Assembly (NCBI GenBank): GCA_951406725.2
Contig: OX597830.1
Coordinates: 11,718,001-11,782,000 of the forward strand
Reading direction: 5' to 3'
Origin: Octopus vulgaris
Taxonomy: Eukaryota
Length of the DNA: 64,000 nucleotides
Shown: piece by piece, positions 24,303 through 38,302 of the stretch
How positions within the stretch are numbered: position 1 is the first letter of the stretch
How the letters are laid out: the number at the start of each line of letters is the position of its first letter
The notes under the pieces: model-generated
The model's database searches: none
What the model was told of the DNA's origin: nothing
Seen by the model: the letters and a program-made list of their open reading frames with translations, nothing else
Made by a program: the position numbers and the translations under genes

Positions 24303-24964
24303 CATAATTCCTTTTAAAATTCAACTTTTTTCATACATGATTCTTGAGATGGTGTAATTGTTTACACAGGTTGTATAGAAGGTGCAGTTTCAGGTGAGAA
24401 CATCCTTGCAAGCTATATTCTTTGTTATACACTTACCATTTTTCTGCATCGCGAGTCGTATTTACTATTTTTTGCTTTATCCCAAGAAACACTGTTAATT
24501 AAGGAACAAAATCGAAAATATTATCTATAGTTTTTAATCAGCTATGGTATGGCTACTCGGTAAAGCCCTAACAAATCTTGATACACTGTATTATCTCCTT
24601 ATTTCCGAGAAATCAACCTGACTGGATTTGGCTCCAAAATTCCAGCGAAGGAGCTGTAGATTCTGAAAAGAAAGGAAAATGAAAATGTAGGTGCAAAAAC
24701 AATATGGATAAAAGGTATGTTTGGAAACGATGAGGTTCTTGGCTCGGTCCCGCTGTAAAGTACTCTGGGAGACTACCTTCTACTTTAATGATGCTTTGAG
24801 TAAAATAACCCTGGCACACATCCACATATCTGAGTGTTTGAGTGTGTGTATGTTTGCACTTATGCAACTTAAGACTGTGATGTTTATGAACCGTAACGTG
24901 GCAGTTCGACAAATATACATCGGTAAAATAAGTAACAAAGAAATATATACTGGGAGCAATTTTT

Positions 24965-25275
24965 TTTATTTATTTGTTCCTTCTCGAGCCATGCCTGGCT
25001 CATAAGGGCCGGTTTCCCGGTATCCTTGGCGTATAGGTTCCCCACCTGGACGGGACGCCGGTCCGTCGCAGGTGAGCTGCAAGATGCAGGAGGAAAGAGC
25101 GAGAGAAAGTTGTGGCGAAAGAGTCAGCAGAAGTTTCGCCATTTCCTTCTGCCGGAGCCGCGTGGAGATTAGGTGTTTTCGCTCATAAAAACGCACATCG
25201 CCCGGTCTGAGATTCGAACCCACGATCCCTCGACCGCGAGTCCGCTGCTCTAACCACTAGGCCATATACCTCCAC
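24965..25275 (-). mobile_element. tRNA-derived SINE family C (related to family B)
   Basis: Minus-strand head ggaggtatatggcctagtggttagagcagcggactcgcggtcgagggatcgtgggttcgaatc; flanking repeat actgggagc(a/g)at. Confidence 0.85.
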
Positions 25276-25513
25276 ACTGGGAGCGATATGTTATGCTAAG
25301 CCTTCAAAGGCTGTACCCCAGCATTGCTGCAATCCCCAAATCAGTAAAGCAATATTAAATAATTAAAAGAACAAACATACATAGACGCACACACATATAT
25401 ATCGTACACGTTTGATGATATTCAACAGTCAATTGCCTTGCAAATCGTACAACTGAAATGTATTTCTAATAGGTTATACCTTCAGTTTTCTTCTGTAGTT
25501 TATCAGTTGGTTG

Positions 25514-25715
25514 GGATCTTTTCGGTTTGAACGGCAGTTTTTAACATAATTTCAAGGTAACTAAAAAATTTTAAACTTCGTATACTGGTAGAATGTGTTT
25601 ATAAGACATCTTTTTCTCTTGGCTTTATTGAAAAAATTCTATAGTTTGTAAGATATTTGTTGTTTTTTCTTCTTCAATTTCTGCAATTTCAACCAATCAG
25701 TGACGTCTATTGAGT
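25514..25715. mobile_element. Truncated MITE (one end only)
   Basis: Matches the first 200 bp of 26254-26673. Confidence 0.85.
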
Positions 25716-26253
25716 TTTCATTATCGTCTTTTTTAAGTGTATCATGGATTATTTTACTGAATACAGAATAAACTATAACGGAGTCTTTGTTCACTTCATG
25801 AGCATATTGTCAATTTACTCTTATAATTTATGTATCATATCTATATGTACATATATTATCAATATGCGCAACACATATGCCTGCTAGTTATTTTAATTAT
25901 CTATAATATTATTCTGTTTCAAAGTTGGTAGCGCTTTAACATACGTCAGTATGCTTTTAACAGGACCAATGAAAATTATGGTCATTGAAAACTAAGACAG
26001 TAATTACTCATACATATATTTGTATAATCACACAAAATTTCCTTGAAACGATTTAGCACCTACGGATGGATAGAAGAGAAGGGAAAAAGATAAAAAAAAT
26101 AAATATTACTTTATTTACATTGATCAATAATAAATCAATAATTAATAACAATGCAGTATGATAACAGTATAGTTATTAGACCATTGTATCATTTGAATCT
26201 TTAGGCAATTAAATATTACTATAAATTTATACCACTAGTTTAATACTTGCTTT

Positions 26254-26673
26254 AGATCTTTTCGGTTTGAACGGCAGTTTTTAACATAATTTCTCGGTAA
26301 CTAAAAAATTTTAAACTTCGTATACTGGTAGAATGCGTTTATAAGACATCTTTTTCTCTTGGCCTTATTGAGAATATTCTATAGTTTATAAGATATTTGT
26401 TGTTTTTTTTCTTCAATTTCTGCAATTTCAACCAATCAGTGACGTCTATTGAGTTAAAACGCATTCTGTGTCGCATGAATATGTCCTCGATTAAGAAACA
26501 GATTGGGTTTATTTACATTTGTGAAGAAAAAATATACCCTTCCTCCACCCCTAGCCCTAACCCTAACCCTAAAACAGATTGAAATGCAATAGATCGATTC
26601 TAGGGTCATAATTATGGGTGACAATTTCATATGACACCGCTAGAAAAAACTGCCGTTCAAACCGAAAGGATCC
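26254..26673. mobile_element. MITE, 420 bp, 8-bp TSD
   Basis: TSD cttgcttt; orientation opposite to the 23888 copy; ccctaaccctaaccctaa inside. Confidence 0.92.
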
Positions 26674-27109
26674 CTTGCTTTTATGCCATGTTTTAGTGAT
26701 AGTTTTCCTCTTTATTTTCCTTGCCTATTGTTATTGTAACAAGAACATCAGTTAGTTTCCTAAATCAAATAACTGCAACATATAACTGTCCACGACTAAA
26801 TACACGTGTTTTATTCAATGTTACTGAGTAAGCTAATATAAGAAGAAACTGAATTCTTAGTAAAGTAAAAAACAAATTTGCTTCGCTTGATGTTAGTTGA
26901 AGTCTCGGGATCAACGCTCACCTGCCTGCAAAAGCTCTGTTTCTGAACAAACCGTTAATACGATTAAGATGTAAGTTAACAATTTCTAGTCTAGTTCCAT
27001 TACAAGGCTTGCTGAATTGATATATCATAACGTTACAACTTATACTATTTATGAATTCAATCTATGCAGCGGCATTCTAGTTTAGGTGAAGTAAATAAAT
27101 TAAATAATT

Positions 27110-27500
27110 CTATGTGCGAACATTAGCTTCAAGGTTCATCCAAGACTGGGACCACGGGCCATACGTCCCCTGCCCAATTCAGGATCACAGCATATATGTA
27201 CACTGCAACATAATTTCTTTTCCTCAACAAGCCCTGCCCTATTTAACATTGTCCCGAAAGAGATCAAAGAGGAAAAGGATCCCATCAACTTTAAACGGAG
27301 TCTGGATAGATTCCTTCAAGGAAACTAGATAAGCCACCCATAATTGGATACAACTCACTCTACAAAAACTCACTACTTGAATGAACCACAAACAAAACTT
27401 GACTTAAACAGGATTTAGATAATCATATCAGGTGGTGCTATTAAGTTAGACATGGCCTGGACCAATCTTTGGTCGAAGCATATCTAAGTTTATCTAAGTT
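27110..27500 (+). mobile_element. CR1/L2-group LINE 3' end
   Basis: ALFNIVPKEIKEEKDPINFKRSLDRFLQ; 3' hairpin gacca-atctt-tggtc and a (tatctaagtt)2 tail. Confidence 0.7.
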
Positions 27501-27900
27501 TATGTGCAGCATTTATTACCTGCCTGGTTATTACTAATTATTTGATCTTTAGTGAAATGCATCTGGATATTTTCTGCTAATAGTTCTAAAATCTCGTTTA
27601 AAGAAAGACAGTCGGAGTTCTTTGGTGAAAGTATTACATAGGATCGCCTCTCTTCTTTAGATGCTTTACTGAAGATAGAATTTACTGGCATAGTTAGAAT
27701 GGTTCTATTTCCAATGAGAAACAGTCAGTTTCCAAAGTCCCTTTGTGCTTCAGTGGCTCTCATGTTTTAAGTTCGGCAAAAAATTCCGCTAGATCATATG
27801 AATAATAGCCATTTATGCTACTCGTAGAAGAATCAGTAAAACTTCTGTAATCCTCCCCCAATATGGAGATTTTCTCCAAAAATTATTTTTGATTCCACTA
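27500..27900 (-). pseudogene. Possible hAT transposase relic
   Basis: ILSPKN..NEILELLAENI resembles the hAT YLSP.IQNE.I..LA motif; highly degenerate. Confidence 0.35.
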
Positions 27901-27956
27901 ATATCTTGAAGATATTTACCAATAATGGCATGAAAGGCAAAAGTTGGCATTATGGA

Positions 27957-28064
27957 AGGTTTATCAATATGTATTAAACAATCATAAGAGACAGGTTTAT
28001 CAATATGTATTAAACAATCAGAAGAGACAGGTTTATCAATATGTATTAAACAATCATAAGAGAC
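27957..28064. repeat. 36-bp minisatellite, three units
   Basis: aggtttatcaatatgtattaaacaatca(t/g)aagagac three times with no spacers. Confidence 0.95.
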
Positions 28065-28489
28065 GGGCTTTCGCAGAGTCAGGAGATATAATGCAAGGAT
28101 ACTGGTAGTGTAAATAAGCTATGTAATATCTTACCTCTTGCAAATAATGTAGCAGCATTAATACAAAAACGCTTGAAACATTAAAATTGTTGGTTCTAAG
28201 ATGAGTATTGATAATATTAATTAAATGAGTTTTATTGTTCTGAAATTCCTCCTCTTTTCTTTTCAATTACATCTACCATTACAGTGACGATTATGATTTG
28301 CTCATTATTCTTGTTCATCTATATCCCTAAATTCGCCTTGAAGTTTTTTTTTTTACATAGGGGACAGGAAAGAGAAGGCGCAGTTTCAGTTACCTATGTA
28401 AAGAACAGAACCTCACCCCAAGAAGCAACAATACCAAAGTTGAATTATATTATGTGGGTTGAAAAGGAAAAAAAAAGCTGCAAACATTT

Positions 28490-29000
28490 ACTCTAAGTTG
28501 CAATGACATTCTAAATGCTGAAGTTTCTTCTAAAATGTTTTCTAACCTATTATCATTTTCTAATAACCCGTGCCGTAAGCAAGCTCCTTTAAAAGTTGGT
28601 GTAATTTCTCCATCATTTCCTTCTGGTACGTGAAGCAGCAACAGGTGGAAATGAAATTTTTCGCCACTTTTGGACTCTTCAAATGTATGCTTTCTTTGGC
28701 TGGCATTCCATTTTTGACACGTTTCTTCCGCACACATTGAAAAGCAATTTCAGAATACTGCTACTGACATGAATTTTCATTTTAATCGTTGAGATTGAAA
28801 CATGCAGTGAGATTTATCCTGGTCACATTGAGCTTTCGCTGCTTGAAAGAGCGCGTTGTCTTTGAAAATACTTTTTTGTTGATGTGGAAGATGATTGGAA
28901 AGTCTACAAGCTGTGTGAGACATGTTGTGCATCTTACACAGAGATAACCGCCATATGGCTTCCGAAGGTGAGGACATCTCCAGTACAAATAGAGATGCTG
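28490..29000 (-). pseudogene. Helitron Rep/helicase fragment
   Basis: SEAIWRL..MHNMSHTACRLSNHLPHQQ and GEKFHFHLLLLHVPEG..PTFKGACLRHGLLEND, both typical of the Helitron RepHel linker region. Confidence 0.85.
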
Positions 29001-29301
29001 ATTTTCTTGTTCGTTAGCAGCGACATCGCAGTGCAGTCATAAGCTTCGTAGACATGCTTAAAAAAATACATTTCTTACTTTTGACAGATGAACATACTTT
29101 CAGATATATTTGCATGGAATTTCTTCAGCAGAAAGACATAATGCCACACTGCATTACTACTGTTCTACAGAATATTGTCCAACTTGTTTTTTCATTGTTT
29201 GGCCTTTGTTTGTCTCAGAAGCTTTTTGTAAAGATTTTCGTTTTCTTGAATGTTTTTTTCGTTCAAGAAGTGGAATGAATGGTACCATATGGAACATGTA
29301 T

Positions 29302-29552
29302 CTTTTATCGTTAACTTGTTTTAGTCATTGGACCGCGGCAATGCTGGGGCACCACCGCCTTGAAGTGTTTAGTCAAGAAAAATCAACCCCATTACTTATT
29401 TTCTTTATAAAGCCGAGTACTTTTTCTATAGGTTTCTTTTGACAAACCGCTAAGTAAAAGACATTTGCCCAAGATTCTACACTGTGGGATAGAACCTGGC
29501 ACCATGTGGTAGGCAAGTAAACTTTTTTACCACCCAAACAGGCCAGCGCCTA
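29302..29552 (-). mobile_element. SINE family D, old and deleted
   Basis: Degenerate head and tail. Confidence 0.7.
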
Positions 29553-31239
29553 TCATGATTTCTTTTTTGACAAGATTCTGCAATGGAATGTCTTGATTTG
29601 AGGTGTTTCTGCAGAAAATGATTTGTCAAATTCATCTGCATTTCTAATTTTATCTTCTTCCCTAAAGAAAAATTTACATGTAGCAGTGTGAAAGATTTGT
29701 TTACTGAAATTCAGCAGTATACCCATAAAACCTTCGGTACACGCAATACGTGTCTCATCTTCAGAAGTTCATTAAGATGAGCATTATAAACTTTTGCATT
29801 TCCACTATTTCATTCTGCTGTAGGTTATTGTTAATTTCTTGTTAAGATTAATAGAAAGGTCTGGTTTGTTATATTTTGCTACTGTTACCGTAGTATTTTG
29901 GAAATAACTGATGCGTGTCCCATGAACTTTTTTGAAATGAGGAAAACAATATAATGGGAATTTCTGATTGAAATTTTTTTCTTCTACTGCTTAGAGATGT
30001 CCATTAGTCCATTATACCGTTCGACGCTACACTGCAAATGACATGTTTTATCTTTTACATACATTTGTACAATCATTTTCTCTTTTACATTCAATACTGA
30101 CTGCTAAAATAGAATTCTTGGCACCTAGCTGCCAGTCGAAAATTATAAAACTGTTGCTTGGAAACCCGGGTACGAACACGAGTCTTGTTTGCTTTATGGC
30201 GTTGGATTACGTTGTGCCATCCAAATTTTAAATATATAGGGTAATTTTATTGATTTGATTGCATTACATCGGAACTTCATGGCATGACAAATAAGAAATT
30301 CTTTCGGGAGACATATATCTAGGATAAATTACAACATTCTTATTCTCTGGAGGATCTCTGTTTTCACCAGCAGCAATGCCACTACTCGTTGGAAAATTTT
30401 ATGTCCGGTTCTCGTCTGAAATGACTTTTGGAATTAGGAACATTGTTTCCCAATGCACGGACTTCTATCTCCACTGAACGTATGTTTTGATATTAATAAA
30501 TATACGGATTACAATGTTGGCTAAACATTTAGAATTTTGAGAAGCTTCCATCTGGTGATGTAATTGCTTCATTAACATTTCTTAACATTTCAGTGGCCAC
30601 ACTGTGAGTTTTGATTTTCAGAATGAAGAGTTAAGTCATATAGCAAGTTCGTCAGTGAAATTTTAAGCAATAAAGTCTCTATTCTTCAGGTGTACTTAAT
30701 TTTGTTCCAAATGAAGCAAAGATGAGGCACAACTATAGTTCTTAATATTTTTAGGGAAGGAGGTCAATTATGCATTATTTTCATTAAAAGAAACCCCTGT
30801 AGAGCATAACTTTGCCCATCTGGCATAAATTCAGAGGTTCATTTATAAATTTAAGGGCTTCATAATGATTACAGAAACTATTCTTATCACCGATGATGTC
30901 AACGTTCAGTCATGAGATTCTAGTTTTCTTGACTTTTCCTTTTTTCTTCTACGCTACTGTTCTCGTACTTGTTACTAGTAATTCAACCTTCTGTTCCTGT
31001 CTAATCTGTTCCCTATACTTTCTGCCTCTTTCACTTGTTAGCTCACGTCATCTATCGCTGTCCATTTTTTATAAACACATATGAACATTTCATTTGTTTA
31101 AAGCGCGTGCATTACGTGATGGGTGAATTAAAACATTTCCGGTCAATAAAAAAATAAAACCACAGTCATTGCTATTATCATCTTACGAGTCGACTACAGT
31201 AATATAGTAAACAAATATGAATTTTAAGTTAGCAGGCTT

Positions 31240-31417
31240 TGGAGTGGCTGTGTGGTAAGTAGCTTGCTTACGAACATACATACATACATACATACATACA
31301 TACATACATACATACATACACACATACATACATACATACATACATACATACATACATACATACACACATACACCTTGTGAGTGGATTTGGTAGACGGAAA
31401 CTGAAAGAAACCCGTCG

Positions 31418-31448
<31 letters not shown>

Positions 31449-32021
31449 GTGTGTGTGTATGTCTGTGTATCTGTGTTTGTCCCGATGCTGGTGTGTTTAC
31501 GTCCCCGTAACTTAGCGGTTCGGCAAAAGATCCGATAGAATAAGTACTAGGCTTACAAAGAATAAATCCTGGGGTCGATTTGTTCGACTAAAATATACAA
31601 TAGATAGGTACGTAGGTAATACGGATAGACGGGCACATACACACATACATACATACATACATACATACATACATACATACATACATACATACATACATAC
31701 ATACATACATACATACATACACACATACATACATACATGCAAATGAAGACTGAAACACATGACCATATATACATACGCACACTTTACGCGAGGACACATA
31801 TGGAGACATTCATACATAACAGATGCACATACTAACACACAACACATACAAACATGCACACATAAGGAGACAGCTGCACTCACAGAAATGCACACACACA
31901 TACACACATACACACACACACATACAAGCACGCAAACATCAACGCAAACACACACACAAACGCACAAACAAGAACATACACATGGATATGCAGAATACAT
32001 ACATACAAACGTGCACACTTG

Positions 32022-32085
<64 letters not shown>

Positions 32086-32280
32086 TACACACATATACAT
32101 GCATACACTCATACATGTAGAGTATATACATACATACATACATACATGTCACTTAGCGGTTCAGCAAAAGAAACCGATAGAATAAGGACTAGGCTTATAA
32201 AGAATAAGAACTGGGGTCGACTTGTTCGACTAAAAAGGCGGTGCTCCAGCGCGGTCGCAGTCAGATGACTGAAACAAAAA
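31240..32280 (+). mobile_element. Fragmented SINE family D pieces broken by (CATA)n/(CA)n expansions
   Basis: Head at 31240, body 31372-31590, second 3' half 32148-32280. Confidence 0.75.
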
Positions 32281-32317
32281 AACAAAGAAACAAAAAAGAA
32301 AATACATAAATACATAC

Positions 32318-32361
<44 letters not shown>

Positions 32362-33521
32362 TGTGTGTGTATCTTCGTCTCTCTCATCAACTAATCATTT
32401 AGCTCCACCGCCACCACATTCCCTTCCGCTAGATACCCTCCTCTCACCTCTCTCTCTCTTACCTCCCACCGCTAGCTCGTCCCATGCCACTAATCACTCT
32501 TATCTCTCTATATATTAGCGACTGGGACAGTGTTAAAACTGAGAGCTAATATTTATCCTCACTTAAACGTGGATGTTCCGTTAGAACAAACTATACTGCA
32601 ATAGAAGCCACGAGATCAACTTTTCATACTGGATTTTGGAGCAAAATGCACCCTTATCTATATAGCTGTTGGAGAGATAAATCCCCATCACATCCAACGC
32701 TAAGACAACCATGTCACGTGATTTCGACCTTCATTAGTTTTTGTCAATGATGGACGCTCGATCCCTCGAGATAGCAGCAACTCACCTCACTGCCAGCGAT
32801 AAATAGAATAAAAGTGCCAGGAGAGGCGTTGGTGTCGCAATTAGCCAGTGAGGTTGTTAGAAAACATTCATTAGCGACAGACGCTGTATTATTAATACCG
32901 GTCTCTTGTCTCCCCCCCCCGCTCTCTCTCTCAGCATAACATATGTACACTACTATAATAATATCATAGATGTTACCGAATAAATAACTATCAATTTTGA
33001 AAACAATCTAGGTTTTAAAATAAGAATTGGATAATTAGCATTCCTACCAAACTGTACGACTTCAGTATTTGAAACAAAATAAATATTTTACATATTTGTT
33101 GCATGTATTATCAAAACCGATAAAGCATTCAGAAAAAAGGACAAAACTTTGCTGAATGTTTTGTTTTCAAACAATAAAATGCTCAGTGTGTAATTAGTAG
33201 GTTATTCTAATATGCAATGCAATTAAACGATAAAAATGACGCTATATTTCCAAAATTATCTCGAAACATCTCTTATCTAGTGATAGTAGGTGTAATTAAT
33301 GTGCCAGACGAATGAAAGAAAGGAAATGCTTTTCATTGCTTGTTGATACAAAAAAAAAAAGAAAGCAAAAACAAAAAACAACAAAAACAACTACAAAATA
33401 GAAAGATTATTAGTGCAGAAGAATGAGGTATTTGAGTGTGATTTATAGAAATTTTCAGAGAAAAGTTTTGTACATATTTGGTATGAAGAAAACGTCCAGC
33501 GAGTCGCAAATTATGGCTGTA

Positions 33522-34769
33522 TTAGGGTGTTCCGAAAATAATGGTTGCTCTAAGTATCGTGATTTTGACACGCAATTTTATCATAGTATTTTAATTATAT
33601 TTTAGGTGAGTTTCGACATACTTAATGATTGATGTATGCTCTTTAATAATTTTCTACTTATTTCAGACAAAAAACATTCTTGTAGTATAAGCGCCCTTAA
33701 TTATGAACATGACAAAAATGGACTTTCGCTTACTTTTCTTGCATGAATTCAAACTTGGGCACAATGACGCCCAAACTGCTGCCAATGTCAACAGAGCATG
33801 GGGAGAGGGGTCCACAAGTGATCGCACCGTACGAAGGTGGTTTCAGAAGTTCCGTAGTGGTGATAAGAGCCTTGAAGATGAAAAAGGTAGAGGGCAGTCA
33901 TGCAGTCTAGACAATGAACGATTGGAAGTAATTGTTGAATAAAACCCACGTCAAAGTGTCAGAGAAATGTCTCAGGCATTTGGTGTCGGTATTGCAACGG
34001 TCTCACGCAATCTGCAGAAGACTGGTAAAGTGAAAAAGCTCAATAAATGGGTACCGCATGAGCTCAATGAAAATCAAATGGTTCGGCGTTTTGAAGTGTG
34101 CTCGATGTTCTTTCTGAGAAACACCAATGATCCTTTTCTTGAGCGAATAGTCACTTGTGATGAAAAGTGGATCCTTTATGATAACCATAAACGATCAGGT
34201 CAATGGCTTGATCGTGACGAGTCCCCCAAACATTTCTCAAAGTCAAAGTTGTATTCGCAAAACTGGTGGTCTGCAATTGGTGCTGTCCATTACAGCTTTC
34301 TGGAAGCCAATCTGAGCATTACAGCAGAGATTTACTGCAATCAACTTGCTGAAATGCATGCTCACTTGCAAAACCTGAAATCTGCATTGGTGAATCGGTG
34401 TGGCCCAATTCTTCTTCACGATAATGCAAAGCCACATGTTGTAAGAATGACCCTGCAGAAGCTCACAGACTTAGGATATGAGATTTTACCACATCCTCCA
34501 TATTCTCCTGATCTTTCACCCACTGACTACCATTTTTAAAGTGATTAAGCTTTCAGGTCCAAACCAGAGGTGGAATCAGCTTTCGAAGATTTTTTTAGCA
34601 TCAAAGCTAATGTTTTTATCAACGAGGCATAAATAATCTCGTTGATCGATGGTAGAGATGCATAGATGTTCCCGGCTCATGCTTTGACTAATCAAAACAT
34701 TTCTATTGTTAATTATTCCAGAATAAAATTATGTTTCTGAAATCGGCCGTTATTTTCGGAACAACCGAA
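33522..34769 (+). mobile_element. Full-length mariner (Hsmar1/cecropia-like) with disrupted transposase
   Basis: TIRs ttagggtgttccgaaaataa / ttattttcggaacaaccgaa, TA TSD; WVPHEL, IVTCDEKWILYDN, HDNAKPH, HPPYSPDLSPTDYHF; stop at 33940. Confidence 0.95.
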
Positions 34770-34869
34770 TAGCTTATGATTTTATTCGAAGAGACTAAGT
34801 CATGACAATTATTGAGATGTCAGTTGAAGAGAAAAGAGAGAGAGAGATAGCAGAAAAGATATTTCAACA

Positions 34870-35069
34870 ATAGGCGCAGTCCTGGCTGTGTAGTAGAAGC
34901 TTGCTTTCCAGTCACATGGTCCTGTGCCGATCAAAGCCTTGTGAATGAATTTAGTAGACGAAAACTGAAAGAAGCCCATCGTTTGTATGTATGTATGTAT
35001 GTATGTATGTATGTATGTATGTATGTATGTATGTATGTATGTATGTATGTTTGTATGTATGTATGTATG

Positions 35070-35160
<91 letters not shown>
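34870..35160 (+). mobile_element. SINE family D 5' half ending in (GTAT)n(TA)n
   Basis: Head taggcgcagtcctggctgtg; body ..gaaaactgaaagaagcccatcg then microsatellite. Confidence 0.7.
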
Positions 35161-35164
<4 letters not shown>

Positions 35165-35294
35165 CAATATATATATATGTATAATACAAATAAGAAAATG
35201 GAGAAGCAAATTCAGTTTGTTCATCAACTTTCAGATATTATAATGTTAGATTATGTATTAATTTTACAAATGAGAACATCAAAAGCATACAAAA

Positions 35295-36255
35295 TCTCTC
35301 TCTATATATAAACGGCAGTTTGTCTGTCTGCGTGTCTGTGTGTCTGTCAGGTTGTACCCTCACCCTGACCACGGCTTTCAACCGATTCTGATGAAACTTG
35401 ACACACACATAGCCCAATGTCATAATTCAAAACTAACGCAGCGAAAATTTTGAAAAGTTCCCCCAGTTCTGAAAAAAATCGATAAATTCGACATGGGGTC
35501 GAGAATCAGAAACACAAACCACAGACTGTCTAGGGGACGCAACTCGACCTTTTTAACTCTCAACTCCATCAATATCCAGCTACTTGAAGCTATTCCTGGT
35601 GATGTCCACGTCTACAAATCTATTGATAGGACAGCAGACCCCGCCTTTCTTGCCGATTATCCTGTTGAATTCCTGAATTCACTTGAACTGCCAGGCCTGC
35701 CGCCACACAGCCCGAAGTTAAAAGTCGGTGCGCCCATTATGCTCATCAGGAATTTGGTTCCACCTAAACAGTGCAACGGCACACGTCTGGTGTGAAACAT
35801 TTGCCACCACATTTAATGACTGCCACAATACTTACCCGTTGTGGGAAGGGAGAGGACATCTTCATTCCACGCATGCACCTTCAACCGTCGGGCGCTGACC
35901 TACCAATCCACTTCAGGCGTTCTCAGTTTCCTGTTAAACTCTGCTTCGCAATGTCCATCAATAAATCCCAAGGCCAAACGCTACAAGTCGCTGGGTTACA
36001 GTTGGGCGAACAGTGCTCCGCCCACGGTCAACTCTACGTGGGCTGTTCACGCGTTGGGAAGAGCAATGATGTTTTCATGTTTTCGCCCAAAGGGACAGCT
36101 AGGAACATCGTATACACAGAAATATTCGAGTGAAGAGAAGACATTGCAACCTACACATGCGCCTTCGTTCCCTAGAGGGAAAGGACTAGATTGGGATTAG
36201 TCGTTGCCTACTAGGGGCTCTTACATACCCGGGCAACGCCGGGCTATGCTGCTAG
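35295..36255 (+). mobile_element. Non-autonomous Helitron (family H2) carrying a PIF1 helicase C-terminal fragment
   Basis: TC start; cccgggcaacgccggg hairpin + CTAG|T; YPVEFLNSLELPGLPPH..LKVGAPIMLIRNL..CNGTRL, QFPVKLCFAMSINKSQGQTL, HGQLYVGCSRV. Confidence 0.95.
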
Positions 36256-36343
36256 TATTATATAAATCAATAGATAATATAATAATACAAATATAGTTTT
36301 TAAAAGTCATATTGTAAATTATTGAAATCCAGAAATCACTTCT

Positions 36344-36477
36344 TACAGCTGTTTCAGCCTATGGTCAACTGTGAATCTAATTTTTCTTTGCCTATGGATG
36401 TCAACATACTAGGATTATAGGCATTAAAAAATATATAATACTTATGAGTTAAAAGAACCATAGGCCTCGTCAGCGGT
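36344..36477 (-). ncRNA. Hammerhead ribozyme core with long helix II and disrupted helix I
   Basis: Minus strand: CTGACGA-ggcctatggtt..(about 90 nt)..gaccataggct-GAAA-cagctg-TA; palindromic helix III ACAGCUGU. Confidence 0.65.
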
Positions 36478-36842
36478 TATAATTAACTATAAAAATATAA
36501 CAATAATATTAATATACTAAACATGCTGCACGTATTATTTAATATGTACAAATAAACAATAAACAAATATCCAAACATAAAAATACACATATACATACAT
36601 ATACATACATAAGCAAAGCGTACAAACTATTCATATGCGCAAAATACATTAATGAACACAATTGAACAATAAATTACATTAAATATACCATGTGTCGTAT
36701 ACTTATGTAAATATATTAGAACGTATATACACCACTATGTTTATCAGTAACAAAAATGTTATTGCATTAACGATAATCATCAACAGATTATACATACTAT
36801 ACTAATGTCTACTCACATATCAAAAATTCACGATACAAGGTT

Positions 36843-36892
<50 letters not shown>

Positions 36893-37345
36893 CATATACT
36901 TATATATACATGCTCATATAAAATTACATGCGTATAAGTATATAAATCAGATAATCATAATTATAGTTATTACTTTATACATCCACGTAAAGCGAACAAA
37001 TTCAATTTTAAAATCCAAAAGAGTAATTCCAAACTTTTTGTCAAAGCTGAATTTAATCCACAATGTTTATGCTTCTGTTTTATGCATATTAAAGGTTTTA
37101 AAAATATATTGGGGGTTAGGGAGCGGTCATTTTAAATCATAAGCTATTTCCAATTGGCTAATTCGTTTGAACTTATCCGCTAGTGTGTTACACCCATAAC
37201 CCCTATCTTACTTTGTACTATAAATATATATTGGCCTGCTCGCTTGGCCAGCGGGGTGGCGTCATTTGAAGGCTAAAACAATGCTAAGCGCATTGTGACC
37301 AGCGATGTGTAGCAACATCTGATAACCTGGTCGGTGACGGTGATA

Positions 37346-37454
<109 letters not shown>

Positions 37455-37668
37455 ATGTGTGTGTGTCTGTATTTGTCTCCAACCATCTCTTGGCAACCTG
37501 TGTTGGTGTGTTTATGTTCCCGCAACTTGGCATTTAGGCAAATGTAACTGACAGAACAAGTGCCAGGCTTAAAAAAATTTAAGTACCGGGATCGATTTGT
37601 TCTACTAAAATTCTACAAGGCGGTGCATGACCGCAGTCTAATGACTGAAACAATTAAGAGTGAAAAGA
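37455..37668 (+). mobile_element. SINE family D 3' half, degenerate
   Basis: Follows (TA)n; ..gcagtctaatgactgaaaca tail. Confidence 0.7.
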
Positions 37669-38302
37669 CAGTAAGATAATCCAACATAATACATTGAGTA
37701 TTAGTTTAGGATGAGGGTTTCAACATTTTCCTGAAGATTATTTGCTCTATATTATGTTACTATATACTCTGACAATATTTCAGATCGATCTCATTGTATT
37801 GCACATTTCAGTCAAAAGACTGCAGAATATTCTAATGCTTTGTACATGAAATTCGGTAGATGGAAACCAGAAACCTGTCAAAAGGATTATTCCTGTACTT
37901 AGGTAGTAAACACAATTCGTGCCTCGTTTTACGCTACCATTTGGTTGCATGCGTGTCGAGAATATTTTGACCAGGTTTCCGGTGTGAAAATAAACTTCCT
38001 CTTACAAGTACGGAGGTTCTGAAAGTTCTTCCTTCGATTAAACTACTGAAATAAAATAAAATAAAATAAAATAAAATAAACAAAAGCAAAAACACAATCA
38101 TCTGGTTTCTTCTCTTTTCTTTATTGTTTTTTTTTCTTTTTTATTACGTCTTTTATTTCTTTCAGTGTTAATATCAATTGATAAATAAAAATCGAGAGAA
38201 ACATTAATTTAAAAACGTTGGCCTAAAAACTCAGTAAAACCCCGTTTCACAGCCGGTCGAACGATCGACAAGATTGTACGTAGTGTACTCTACACATCGG
38301 TT

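Noticed and set aside
27957-28064. 36-bp repeats of CRISPR-like length
   Set aside because: The units are contiguous with no spacers, there are no cas genes, and the context is eukaryotic; it is a minisatellite.
29580-30900. Coding-like composition, possible exon or transposase relic
   Set aside because: No open frame or motif I could recognise; needs BLASTx.
33703-34690. SETMAR-like domesticated gene
   Set aside because: No SET domain; it has stops and frameshifts and retains TIRs with a TA TSD.
35550-36133. Host PIF1 helicase gene
   Set aside because: Frameshifted fragment enclosed by Helitron termini.
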